Under the pieces are notes generated by a model. That model searched no databases and was not told the DNA's origin. It was given only the letters and a program-made list of their open reading frames with translations. From IMG/VR virus record IMGVR_UViG_3300033145_003233, positions 372,001-436,000 of that record: 64,000 bases of DNA, one strand, 5' to 3'. Both the position numbers and the translations under genes were made by a program. Within the stretch, counting starts at the first letter, position 1; each line of letters begins with the position of its first letter. This document shows positions 18,787 through 28,729 of the stretch, one piece after another.

Positions 18787-19257
18787 CTAAGGTCTAAAAT
18801 CTAAAATCTCAAATCTATTTTCTATAAGAATGTCCTCTCTATCTTTAATCGTATAAGGGGCACATTCTCCATCAGTGAAATCCTCAGAAGTCAGATGGGC
18901 ATTGATAATATACCCCCCATTAAAACCATTTGATGATGCAGGACTCATAAACCAAGATTGTTTATACTCCCAAAAATCAACATGAACAGGAATCTCTATA
19001 TCATGTCTTTTTAAAAAAATTATATCCATAAGACGAGGTTGTGCCTTATATCTAATTTCCCATTCGTGATAACCAGCCTTTGCACATATTAATTCTAATT
19101 GATATATATCATACTTAAAAGGAGGGAAACGAGCAACCCCTTCCATTGTAGATATTACAACTGATAAACCATCTGGAAAGTCAGGATAATAAAGAGACCA
19201 TTCGTCCCATTTAAACGAACGCAAATATTTTAACGCCTTCTGTATTTCTGTTATCAT
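18787..19257 (-). CDS. Hypothetical protein with near-terminal RFEILDF tag
   Basis: Ends IENRFEILDFRP. Confidence 0.65.
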   Translation of the reverse strand: MITEIQKALKYLRSFKWDEWSLYYPDFPDGLSVVISTMEGVARFPPFKYDIYQLELICAKAGYHEWEIRYKAQPRLMDIIFLKRHDIEIPVHVDFWEYKQSWFMSPASSNGFNGGYIINAHLTSEDFTDGECAPYTIKDREDILIENRFEILDFRP

Positions 19258-19742
19258 AAATCCAATAATTCAAATCGACTACAATATTCTTCATAAGCAT
19301 CTTTAGTATCTTCAGCAGAAGCGAATAAAGAGATATTAGTATCTTCTAATTTCAACTCTATTCTCACATGATCATTAATGGTATTAGCAATAGCAAATAG
19401 ATGGTATGTCCTCCCATCAGGTCTAGCGGTTATATCTGCTTTAAATCTATATTCTTCCCTGCCTAATTGGAGATCGACATCTGTGGTATGTAATATTGAA
19501 GAAGCTAAAGACCCAGCATTTTTAAATATAAATTTAAACTTTTCTTTATTAGCAGAATCTATCTTGACATAATAAGTAATAAGAGGAGACAAAATAACTT
19601 TCCTATCTCCCCTCACAAAAGCAATTCTTTGAGAAAAATCTATATTAATATTTGCATATTTTTCTATAGATATTCTTTCCCCATTATCGCAAATAATAAA
19701 AAAATATTTTGGATCAGGAACGAGAACTGTCAACAAATTCAT
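19254..19742 (-). CDS. Hypothetical protein with C-terminal RFELLDL tag
   Basis: Ends SRFELLDL-stop. Confidence 0.65.
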   Translation of the reverse strand: MNLLTVLVPDPKYFFIICDNGERISIEKYANINIDFSQRIAFVRGDRKVILSPLITYYVKIDSANKEKFKFIFKNAGSLASSILHTTDVDLQLGREEYRFKADITARPDGRTYHLFAIANTINDHVRIELKLEDTNISLFASAEDTKDAYEEYCSRFELLDL

Positions 19743-19745
19743 TTT

Positions 19746-20057
19746 TTAATCTTCCCAAAAATCATCCACTTCTACGCATATCTCTTCTATCAACTTAACA
19801 AGAATATCTCCGTGACATGAAGCAGGCTTACAAAAACAACCTAATCTCTTACCCCTTAATTCCCAAAGACTAGCAAGCAATTCTGGTTGCTGTCGTATCC
19901 ACTCCTCATACTTCTCTACTGCTTCTTCTCTTGTCTCTACTATAAACTCAGCTTTAGTTTTCTTGTCCTTTATGTGGGTATAAGGGTTCCCCCACTTAGA
20001 TCCTCTTCCAATATAAACATCATATTCTTCGTAATGTTTATTAACTACTTTTGTCAT
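19746..20057 (-). CDS. DUF4326 protein
   Basis: YDVYIGRGSKWGNPY...ELRGKRLGCFCKP..CHGD. Confidence 0.9.
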   Translation of the reverse strand: MTKVVNKHYEEYDVYIGRGSKWGNPYTHIKDKKTKAEFIVETREEAVEKYEEWIRQQPELLASLWELRGKRLGCFCKPASCHGDILVKLIEEICVEVDDFWED

Positions 20058-20295
20058 TAAGCTTTTTTTCTACGCAATCTGCAAGTGAAGCAACAGTTAA
20101 ACACTTTTCTGCTTCCTCATCGGTTATACTTATATCGAAATGGTCCTCTGTCATCATTGTTGTCTCTACAGCATCAAGACTATCAGCATGTAAATCTTTC
20201 ACAAAACTAGCCTCAAGGTCTACTTCATCAACCATTATACCGAATTGAACAGCTATTATCTCTTTTACTTTATTTTCTATTTCTATTCTAGTCAT
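20041..20295 (-). CDS. acpP: Acyl carrier protein
   Basis: F..DL.ADSLD.VE with the phosphopantetheine Ser; F.I.I.DEEA. Confidence 0.88.
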   Translation of the reverse strand: MTRIEIENKVKEIIAVQFGIMVDEVDLEASFVKDLHADSLDAVETTMMTEDHFDISITDEEAEKCLTVASLADCVEKKLNDKSS

Positions 20296-20804
20296 TCAGT
20301 TTCTCCTGAATTTTTCCAATTTTTATACGGATTCTTAGCTAAATTACAATTATAATATCTATCATCATCTGTTACTTCTTTACCTATCCATTCTGGCAAT
20401 ACAATTTCTTGATCTTCTGATTCTAGCTCTATTTCTGCCACCCGCAAACCAGAATTCTCACCTTTAAAAATGTCTACCTCCCAGCCATTCCCATCTTCAT
20501 TAAAAATGTATCTAGTTTTATCTATAGAATATTTACAAAACTTTTTCATCATTTTACAAGCATCTTCAACAGGTATATCATATTCAAATTCCAACCTAGA
20601 ACAGCCCTCTGTTTCTCCCTTGATGGTTAAAAACCCCCTCGTAAATTCCTCATAAGGTCCATTAGAAGTTACTCTTACCCTTACCCTATCCCCATGAAAA
20701 TATCCCTGCAAAATATTAACTTCTGAAAAATAAATACTATTCTTGTGTTTCCAAACAGAAAAATCTTCCTTAACTAAAAACTTTCTTTCTATTTCTACTG
20801 CCAT
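20292..20804 (-). CDS. CYTH-domain protein
   Basis: EIERKFLV, LTIKG, EFEY, WEVDIF, AEIEL. Confidence 0.92.
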   Translation of the reverse strand: MAVEIERKFLVKEDFSVWKHKNSIYFSEVNILQGYFHGDRVRVRVTSNGPYEEFTRGFLTIKGETEGCSRLEFEYDIPVEDACKMMKKFCKYSIDKTRYIFNEDGNGWEVDIFKGENSGLRVAEIELESEDQEIVLPEWIGKEVTDDDRYYNCNLAKNPYKNWKNSGETE

Positions 20805-20805
20805 T

Positions 20806-22701
20806 TTATTCCTTCGTTGCAAGCCCTGACTCAACAAGAAATCTGCTGGCCCTACTTTTATTCCTACTCATATTTCCATGCTTTCCAAATCTACGCCTAT
20901 ATCTACACCAACTAGTAAATAATAATTTTTTAGCTCTTGTCATCCCAACATAACATAATCTTCTCTCTTCTTCCATACCAGCATAAGGATCGTCCAACAC
21001 AGCATTCTTATGGGGCAAGATATCCTCCTCAACGCCTATTACAAACACAATAGGAAATTCCAATCCCTTAGCTGCATGCAAACTCATAAGAGACATATTA
21101 TTCCCCTCTTTTTCTTTATCTGATTTTGTTACAAGAGATATTCTCTGCAAATATTGACTCACTCCGTCATCCTCATCAATAAATTCTCCTGCCGAGTCAA
21201 TGAGTTGACTTATATTATCTTCTCTTTCAGTAGCAGTACCAGCAAATTTATCTAATAAATAATTTCTATAATTAAATTCATGTACTAGCTTCTTCAAACA
21301 TTCTGCCGGATTAGATAAGTCCCAATTATATTTATATACTTCATTTATTTTATAACATGCTTTCTGTATTTTTATAGACTTAATATTCTTAGCCATCTCC
21401 CCGCATGCATCGGGGATAGAAATATCCTTCTGGCTTGATAGTTTTTCAATTTTGCCAACAGTTATATTTCCCAATCCCTTCATCAAAGAACACACCCGAC
21501 TAAATGCTATACCATCTTTTGGATTGGAAAGAAATTTCAGCATGGCGATACAATCTCTAATTTCTTTTCTATCAAAAAAATTCCACGATCCTATTACTTC
21601 ATATGGAATACCATTATTAACCATCGACTGTTCAATAGGTTCTGACATTTTATTGACTCTATATAAAACTGCCATATCTTTAGGGTCCCATCCACCTTCA
21701 TGAATAAGCCTTTTAGCAGTCCTTCCAACCCATGCAGCCTCCTCTAATTGATCATTAAACACATAACATCTAACTTTTTCCCCATCACTGTTATCTGTTT
21801 CAAACATAGTATCCATATGACTGGAATTACATTTTATAAGTTTACTAGCTATTTTAATAATTTGAGGAGTTGACCTATAATTCTTGGATAAAGAAATAAC
21901 CTTACAATCTTTGTAATTGTCTATAAAATCTTGTATATTCTGATACCTTGCTCCCCTCCACCCATAAATGCTCTGATCTATATCTCCAATTAAAACAATA
22001 TTTTTCCATTTGTCTCCAAGCAAATTAACCAAATAGAATTGAGCCTTATTAGTATCTTGGGTCTCATCAACCATAATATATTTGAAAGTATTTTGGACCT
22101 TATTTTTTATCTCTTCGTCATTCTCTATGATTTTAATAGCATCATAGATAAGACCGCTAAAATCTATAAGATTATCACTCTTACATTTTTTAAGGTATTC
22201 CTGAGCTATCTCTACCAATGGCCCCACCTTTAAGGAATCTTCAAGCCAGCTAAAATCCTCCATCTGATCCCTGTATCTATTAAGACGATTAGCTATGCGC
22301 CGAGCATCTCCATATTCTATTTTATATTCTAATTTTCTGGCCACCTGCATAATTAAATCTACTTGGTCTTTTTCATCCAAGATATTAAAGCGAGGAGAAT
22401 ATCCCTGAGATGACCCAAGTTTCCTAATTAGCTTAGAGCATAAAGAATGAAAAGTTCCGACAAAAAAACCAGGCTTTTTATTATCTAATCTCTTACATAT
22501 TCTTTCTTTCATCTCATTGGCAGCCTTATTAGTAAAAGTAAGGACAAGAATATTCCTAGGTTGTACTCCTCGCTCAATAAGCCATAACACCCTTTCCACA
22601 AGAGTGAAGGTCTTACCTGAACCAGGACAAGATGTTACAAGGCAAGGGCCATCAAGATGTTCTACTGCTTCTTTTTGATACTTATTTAACTTCGATTCCA
22701 T
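20806..22701 (-). CDS. uvrD: UvrD/PcrA SF1 helicase
   Basis: PGSGKT, TFTNKAA, VDETQD, NYRS, HAAKGLEF, EERRLCYVGMTRA. Confidence 0.95.
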   Translation of the reverse strand: MESKLNKYQKEAVEHLDGPCLVTSCPGSGKTFTLVERVLWLIERGVQPRNILVLTFTNKAANEMKERICKRLDNKKPGFFVGTFHSLCSKLIRKLGSSQGYSPRFNILDEKDQVDLIMQVARKLEYKIEYGDARRIANRLNRYRDQMEDFSWLEDSLKVGPLVEIAQEYLKKCKSDNLIDFSGLIYDAIKIIENDEEIKNKVQNTFKYIMVDETQDTNKAQFYLVNLLGDKWKNIVLIGDIDQSIYGWRGARYQNIQDFIDNYKDCKVISLSKNYRSTPQIIKIASKLIKCNSSHMDTMFETDNSDGEKVRCYVFNDQLEEAAWVGRTAKRLIHEGGWDPKDMAVLYRVNKMSEPIEQSMVNNGIPYEVIGSWNFFDRKEIRDCIAMLKFLSNPKDGIAFSRVCSLMKGLGNITVGKIEKLSSQKDISIPDACGEMAKNIKSIKIQKACYKINEVYKYNWDLSNPAECLKKLVHEFNYRNYLLDKFAGTATEREDNISQLIDSAGEFIDEDDGVSQYLQRISLVTKSDKEKEGNNMSLMSLHAAKGLEFPIVFVIGVEEDILPHKNAVLDDPYAGMEEERRLCYVGMTRAKKLLFTSWCRYRRRFGKHGNMSRNKSRASRFLVESGLATKE

Positions 22702-22727
22702 ATTATTCCTCTATTAATAAAACCCCA

Positions 22728-22756
22728 ATTATACAACAATCATAATCACTTTTCAA
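22728..22756 (-). promoter_or_regulatory. sigma70-like promoter upstream of uvrD
   Basis: TTGAAA AGTGATTATGATTGTTG TATAAT (17-bp spacer). Confidence 0.75.
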
Positions 22757-23019
22757 TAATCAGGAAAATAATCCACCAAATATTCAATAAATTCTTTATC
22801 GTGTAACGGCCCAATATGCTCAACTACAACCTGATCTTCATCAAGTATAAATTGAATATGAGGTAATTCTTCCACATTATTTTTATCACATAACATCTGA
22901 ATATCATCATTATCATCAATAGCATCTATATACTTATATTCTACCTGATGTCTGTTTAATATCACAAAAAATTTAAGACACTCTTTGCAATCAGAACTCC
23001 CAAAAAATCTAATCCACAT
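22753..23019 (-). CDS. Glutaredoxin/thioredoxin-fold protein
   Basis: CKEC motif, ELPHIQF (cis-Pro-like). Confidence 0.6.
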   Translation of the reverse strand: MWIRFFGSSDCKECLKFFVILNRHQVEYKYIDAIDDNDDIQMLCDKNNVEELPHIQFILDEDQVVVEHIGPLHDKEFIEYLVDYFPDY

Positions 23020-23380
23020 TTTCCTCCTCCTCATGGGATTGAGACCGAATATTATTTATCATTTCGTTAATAGGATACTGATCTAAATTAGCAATCATTT
23101 CATTCGCACCTTCTCCAGTAAGGCCTCCATTTTTATTCCTACTAACATGGTCAGAAGACGAGTCTATTTCGATAAAAAGATTTTTTTCCTTATTAATCAT
23201 ATTCCCACAAAAATCATCTACTATTTCCTGAGGGACATCTGGGGCTATTCCCCAGTCAGTTCCCTTAATGGCAAAAGTGACCATATCATTTTTCTCCAAA
23301 TCTTTTACCTTCATCTTAAAAAGATTATTATCTCTATCATATTCCATATCTAAAATTTTAACTTTAACTGGCTTATTCAT
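23009..23380 (-). CDS. Hypothetical protein
   Basis: Packed ORF. Confidence 0.65.
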   Translation of the reverse strand: MNKPVKVKILDMEYDRDNNLFKMKVKDLEKNDMVTFAIKGTDWGIAPDVPQEIVDDFCGNMINKEKNLFIEIDSSSDHVSRNKNGGLTGEGANEMIANLDQYPINEMINNIRSQSHEEEENVD

Positions 23381-24227
23381 TTTTTATTTCTCTCAAATAT
23401 TTTTCAATTGCTATGTCCCAGGTTTTTGTCTGTATAACCTCTGTTCCATTTTTTAGAGCCGGTTCTAAAAAATGACCGCATAATCGACATAATTTCTTGA
23501 ATTTATCTTTTACATTGCATGAGGAAATATCCTCTATAGTTTTTTCTCCCAGCCCCAAACCGAATATATTATCAATAACATTAGATGGAGTGCAAGGATA
23601 ATATAATCCATTTACAGATTTAGACAAACCACAATCTTGAGTTATCCAGCATCCCTTATCAAAATCTTTGTAACCTTTAAAACTGTTTAAATCTATTGGA
23701 GCAACCCTAGAAAGCCAAAACAAGTCAAACTTCTTTTCAAAAGTTTGATCTACCGAATCTATCTTGCCCAACCAAGGAGGAATACGATTTATTATATCCC
23801 TAATTTTTCCCCCACAACCATTTGTAGAAAGAATAAACATACATTTTTTATAAAATTTCCTATACTTATTTAAAATTTCTATCACTTTAAAAAAAGAAGG
23901 ATGAAGAGTTGGCTCTCCACCAACTAATTTTATACTTTTCCATTTGTGATCTAATCGTATAGATTCTTCTACAAATTCCTCCATATCCTCTAATGAAAGA
24001 TATTTATCTGTTTGGAATACATCCATACAAGCATTACAATTACCACATTTCAAATTACAATAATCTGTTAATTTAAGTTCTATCTTGTTTTTATTTGTCT
24101 GCCATGTTTTTTTGTCTTCCATCTCATAGCATTTAATAAATAATTTTGATAGAAATCTTTTATTCTTATTAAATTTATAAGTTTTCATATTTTGATCTAT
24201 TTTTATGATGTTTCTCCAATGCCTCAT
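23373..24227 (-). CDS. Radical SAM protein
   Basis: CNLKCGNC, GGEPTLHP, STNG, YYPC, C..C. Confidence 0.9.
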   Translation of the reverse strand: MRHWRNIIKIDQNMKTYKFNKNKRFLSKLFIKCYEMEDKKTWQTNKNKIELKLTDYCNLKCGNCNACMDVFQTDKYLSLEDMEEFVEESIRLDHKWKSIKLVGGEPTLHPSFFKVIEILNKYRKFYKKCMFILSTNGCGGKIRDIINRIPPWLGKIDSVDQTFEKKFDLFWLSRVAPIDLNSFKGYKDFDKGCWITQDCGLSKSVNGLYYPCTPSNVIDNIFGLGLGEKTIEDISSCNVKDKFKKLCRLCGHFLEPALKNGTEVIQTKTWDIAIEKYLREIKNE

Positions 24228-25007
24228 CCCAGGTTATAGAATTAATATCAAGAACCCCTCCAGGACTATATTTTGTCCCTCTATGAATATTGGGAACTAA
24301 AAACTTCCCACAATAACAACATATTTTTTCCAGCTTGCTCCCGATATCCGCCTCAAACATATCCTTAATATGCTTCTCCCCTATACCCACTTCAAATATT
24401 TTATCTATAAAAGCCGCCACTGGACAAGGGTAGTACATCCCATCAACGAACATCCTTCCCCCACATTTTTGCATCCTTTATTGAATTCTCCATATTCGTT
24501 AAAACATTTTAAATCTACCGGAGCCACCCTAAAAAGAGAAAACTGAGACACTTTATAATCCATCCCTCGACCAGTCGAGTCATCTATACCCACCCAGGAA
24601 GGAAGTTTAGCAATTATTTCCAGAACTTCTTCTCCCCATCCGTTAGTTCTAAGCAAAATTCGATCATCATTAAAATCTTTATACTTTTTCAATATATCAA
24701 TAACATCAAAAAAAAGGGGATGAAGAGTTGGCTCTCCACCAGTAATAGATACTCTTCTCATTCTAACATTTAAATCTATTAAGTCTTTTACAAATTTTTC
24801 CACATTCTCTAATGAAACATATTTATTCGATTCAACAATATCGCAACCCACATTGCACTGAACACATTTTAAATTACAATAATCAGTTAATTGAATTTCT
24901 ATTTGATCTTTACGCATTTTATAAGCTATAATATTTCTATTATTAACATAAAAAGTATCAAGAATCTTTATTATAAAATTAGTATCTTCTTTTTTTATTT
25001 TATACAT
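24175..25007 (-). pseudogene. Radical SAM protein, frameshifted near 24465-24475
   Basis: CNLKCVQC and GGEPTLHP in 24405-25007; YYPC and CCYCG in 24175-24474; paralogs are contiguous. Confidence 0.75.
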
Positions 25008-25818
25008 TTTTTTTAGAATATTCTTTTAACGCCCTGTCCCAACTTTCTGATTGTAATTCTAAAGTACTATAAAACAAACCTGGCTCAAAAAAGAAACCAC
25101 AATACTGACATACCTTTTTTAGCTTATTTCTTATATTACTATTTAAAAGATCTGCAAAGCTATCCTCTTCTATCTCTATCTCAAAAATCCGAGCTATAAC
25201 TTCCCCTAGAGAACACGGATAATATTTTCCCCACACAGACATATTTAACCCACATTGTCCTACTACTCTACATCCTTTATCAAACTCTTCATAACCTTTA
25301 AAAGAATCTATATCAACAGGAGCAATTCGAAAAAGTTCAAATCGAGCAAGTTTACCTTCTACCCCTCCCCTCTGCTCCCCTGTAGTATTTAATATCTCCA
25401 TCCATTCAGGAATTTTTTCCATTACTTTTTGAACCTTATTCCCCCATCCATTAGTTTTAATCTCAAATTTACAATCAGAATAAAATTGCCTATATTTACC
25501 TAAAATTTCTATTATTTCCGAAAAAAAGGGATGAAGAGTTGGCTCTCCACCCACCAATACTATATGATTCCATTTATACTCTGATGCTATAGATTCTTTT
25601 ACAAATTTCTCCATATTTTCTAATGAAAGATAATCATTTGTCTGAACTACATCATGACCAGCATTGCAATTACTACACTGCCGATTACAATAATTAGTTA
25701 ATTTGAGTTCTATAGCTTTTTTTCTTATCCCCCATTTTTTTTTATCTTCAAGCTTATAAGTCTCCTTAATCATCCTTAAAACTAAATCTTTTTTATTATT
25801 TAGATCTTCTACACGCAT
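25000..25818 (-). CDS. Radical SAM protein
   Basis: CNRQCSNC, GGEPTLHP, YYPC. Confidence 0.9.
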   Translation of the reverse strand: MRVEDLNNKKDLVLRMIKETYKLEDKKKWGIRKKAIELKLTNYCNRQCSNCNAGHDVVQTNDYLSLENMEKFVKESIASEYKWNHIVLVGGEPTLHPFFSEIIEILGKYRQFYSDCKFEIKTNGWGNKVQKVMEKIPEWMEILNTTGEQRGGVEGKLARFELFRIAPVDIDSFKGYEEFDKGCRVVGQCGLNMSVWGKYYPCSLGEVIARIFEIEIEEDSFADLLNSNIRNKLKKVCQYCGFFFEPGLFYSTLELQSESWDRALKEYSKKNV

Positions 25819-26551
25819 TTTTTATTATTTGCACCAATTCTTTAATAGTGATTAGCTTATCTTCTTCTCTATCATATAATCTAATTGCTGCTAAAACATT
25901 CAAAACATTTTCAGGCATGTTATATAATAATATATGATCATGGGGTGTTCTATAACTACCCCCCATCTCATCTGTTATCATATTCTCTGGAATACCTATA
26001 AATTTCTCCACATCATTCAATTCTTTCCACCATCTATTCGTTTCAAATATAGTTAATTCAGAATGATCCTTAATAGAAATTAAATTACATTGAGGCCTTA
26101 CAACAGCCCCAATAATACTCTTATATTCTTCCTTTAATTTCTTATACCTTGGAGAAAATTCCTCTTCCGGAGTTATCCCATATATCCTACAATTATACGG
26201 TCTCACCTCATGTACTCCGCAAAGATTTGTTTTATCATTAAAAAAAACACATTGCTTAGAAGGTGTGATATTTACGACATTCTTCATACATCTTTCAAAT
26301 AAATCGCATACATCATCATCATTTGTATTTTTGGACAGATATTCCCAGATAAATAAAAATTCAGAATATAATAATTGAGGAGTTTGGATTTTGCAGCACC
26401 AAGCGCCACAGCCTCCTTCTTTCTCTATATTATCTAAACACCCTTCTGTTTCAGGTATTATATCGTAAATACGATTTAATCTAGAGAAAGCTTTTTTTGT
26501 TTTTCTACAACTAGAAAGACGAATAATCTTATAAAATTCAAATTCTTTCAT
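25796..26551 (-). CDS. YkgJ-family Cys-cluster (Fe-S/Zn) protein
   Basis: CGAWCC, CVFF....LCGVHEVRPYNCRIYG. Confidence 0.8.
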   Translation of the reverse strand: MKEFEFYKIIRLSSCRKTKKAFSRLNRIYDIIPETEGCLDNIEKEGGCGAWCCKIQTPQLLYSEFLFIWEYLSKNTNDDDVCDLFERCMKNVVNITPSKQCVFFNDKTNLCGVHEVRPYNCRIYGITPEEEFSPRYKKLKEEYKSIIGAVVRPQCNLISIKDHSELTIFETNRWWKELNDVEKFIGIPENMITDEMGGSYRTPHDHILLYNMPENVLNVLAAIRLYDREEDKLITIKELVQIIKNACRRSK

Positions 26552-26583
26552 AGACCTTCTACTCTAACTAGAAAAGATAGCTA

Positions 26584-27249
26584 TTAAAGATTGTCATAAC
26601 CATCTAATCCGCCAGCTGCTTCGGCCCCCTTAACAGGAATAGGAACATCCTCTATTTCGTCTTCTGCTTCTTCTTCTTTTTCAAAAAATTTCAAAGAAAC
26701 CGTTACTTTTGGAGGATCTTTACTAACAACGCTTTCCACATCTTTTTTGGCCTTACCTAAGAAGTCATCTAGCTTGCCGCTTGATTGCCATGCATCGAGT
26801 AATTTATCCGCTTCTCTTTTTCTAACATTATATTGAACAAATTCCTCAAGGACATCATCTACATCTTCTCCAGCTTTTTTAGCTGCTTTGAGAATTGTAA
26901 TAAATTCTTCCTCATCATCAATTCTCCATCTTCCTTTTTGATTTCTTGAAGAAACCGCACAGGAGCCAGGAAATTTAACACTTTTTTCTTTATTGGACTT
27001 AAGAGTAGAAACAATAACAGATTTAAAAAAGTCTATTTTATTTTCCAAGACTTTTATTTCATCATTAATGTCCTGAGATCTCTTCTTTTTATAGTCCTTG
27101 TTAAAATTCACTTTTTTAGTTAATTCCTGAATAGTCAACGCGGCATCTTCTATTAGATACAAATCATCAAGGGGCTTAATTTCTCCTGCTGCGTACATAT
27201 CATGTAGTTCTTTACGTCTAAAAACATTTTCGTACTCTAATTCTGGCAT
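26584..27249 (-). CDS. Gam/Gp157-like coiled-coil protein (possible host-nuclease inhibitor)
   Basis: Coiled coil followed by KSVKFPG..VSSR..W.IDDEE. Confidence 0.45.
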   Translation of the reverse strand: MPELEYENVFRRKELHDMYAAGEIKPLDDLYLIEDAALTIQELTKKVNFNKDYKKKRSQDINDEIKVLENKIDFFKSVIVSTLKSNKEKSVKFPGSCAVSSRNQKGRWRIDDEEEFITILKAAKKAGEDVDDVLEEFVQYNVRKREADKLLDAWQSSGKLDDFLGKAKKDVESVVSKDPPKVTVSLKFFEKEEEAEDEIEDVPIPVKGAEAAGGLDGYDNL

Positions 27250-27297
27250 ATTATCACCTCATTAAAAAAAACTTACTTCATAAACACTAATAACTTA

Positions 27298-27618
27298 CTA
27301 CCTAGATGACCCCTCAAGGACAATACCTGTTTTTTCAATCCCTTGAAATTTAACAGTTGTAAAACTAGGATCTAACACAAGAGAGTCCCCCTTCTTCTGA
27401 GCTTCTCCCTTAGCAATAATAAAAGCTTTAATAGCATTATTTAAGGAAGCCGCTCCTACACAACGCAACCTAACAATATCATGTTTATAAAAAACCTGTA
27501 AAACTGCATTAGAAAGTTTCTTGACATACTCCTTATCTTTTTCTTTACTTCCCTTACTCCCACTTACAAGAAGCAAAGCCACATCTATCTCACCATCGCG
27601 TTCCATATCATCTGTCAT
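27298..27618 (-). CDS. spoVS: Stage V sporulation protein S family
   Basis: VGAASLNNAIKA.IIA.G...PSF..V.....KTGI. Confidence 0.8.
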   Translation of the reverse strand: MTDDMERDGEIDVALLLVSGSKGSKEKDKEYVKKLSNAVLQVFYKHDIVRLRCVGAASLNNAIKAFIIAKGEAQKKGDSLVLDPSFTTVKFQGIEKTGIVLEGSSR

Positions 27619-27699
27619 TTTACCTTCTCCTTTATTCAATAAATTTAAATACAATAATATTATCGTATTTTTTGCTAAAAAACTTTATTGAATGGATAT

Positions 27700-28716
27700 T
27701 TACAACAATGACTTATAAAAATCTTTCCTATTCTTCTCTAGGTTAGGATTCTCCCAAACCTTTGATTTCTGACAAAGTTCTTTAAAATCACAATACTTAC
27801 AGGCATATGCTGTTCTAGTAGCGAATTTAGGAGGAGGCAGTTTTGTATTATTCCCCTCTGACATGGCCATCATAGTCTTTGCTTGATATTTAACAACTTC
27901 CCACCACTTATCATTTCTAGGCACTTGATACCACATCATCTTGGAATTATCTTTATTCTCATACATTATCATCCCGTAATCGCAATCAAGTATATGGACA
28001 TATATTGTTAGCTGTACAAGATAATCTTTATGTGGACCTTTTTTCATCAACTGGTTGTCCCATGCTTTACTTCCTATAGTTTTCATATCTCCTACAACCT
28101 TGGCCCCTTTTACTGGTAAAAAATCTTTATTATATGTTATCCTTGTTCCTTCAAATCTTTCTTCTTTCAGAAGATCACAATTTAGAATAATATCTGAATG
28201 ACCTTGAATATTAAACTTAGGAGCAGACACCTTTGCTTCTACATATTCAAAATCTGAACAACCACAAACACATTTTTTAGGTTTGAGAACCGGAGCATCT
28301 TCTCCATATATTCGACCTCCCTTAGTCTTGTACAATGTATTTAGGGAATCGATATCTGAAGCAAAAACATTGCCTTCATCGGTAAACATATAACAAAGTA
28401 TATTTTTACATTTCCAACCACCTAATAAGATATTTCCTATGCCATCAAAATATTCAACCCAGCGACGATGCATATTATGTCCTTTATCGAACAATCTATG
28501 TTTAGTACTATCTGGATCTGAATAAGTTACATCTATCAATCCCTTCCATGCATAATGTTTGTACTGTTGCATCCTAAGGCATTTGCCCCATTCAGAAGGA
28601 TGATAATGGTCATAACTTCTTTCGGATCTTTTATCATTGGTTTTCCATCTAACATAAGTGTCCACAAGATTCATTAAAGAAGTAATCTCTTGTGGAGTAT
28701 AAGAATGATCTGTCAT
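27700..28716 (-). CDS. Cas4-like PD-(D/E)XK exonuclease
   Basis: PS....CLR, G...H, GHSD, DMKT, Q...Y, C.YCDF...C. Confidence 0.8.
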   Translation of the reverse strand: MTDHSYTPQEITSLMNLVDTYVRWKTNDKRSERSYDHYHPSEWGKCLRMQQYKHYAWKGLIDVTYSDPDSTKHRLFDKGHNMHRRWVEYFDGIGNILLGGWKCKNILCYMFTDEGNVFASDIDSLNTLYKTKGGRIYGEDAPVLKPKKCVCGCSDFEYVEAKVSAPKFNIQGHSDIILNCDLLKEERFEGTRITYNKDFLPVKGAKVVGDMKTIGSKAWDNQLMKKGPHKDYLVQLTIYVHILDCDYGMIMYENKDNSKMMWYQVPRNDKWWEVVKYQAKTMMAMSEGNNTKLPPPKFATRTAYACKYCDFKELCQKSKVWENPNLEKNRKDFYKSLL

Positions 28717-28729
28717 AATATTTCTTCCC

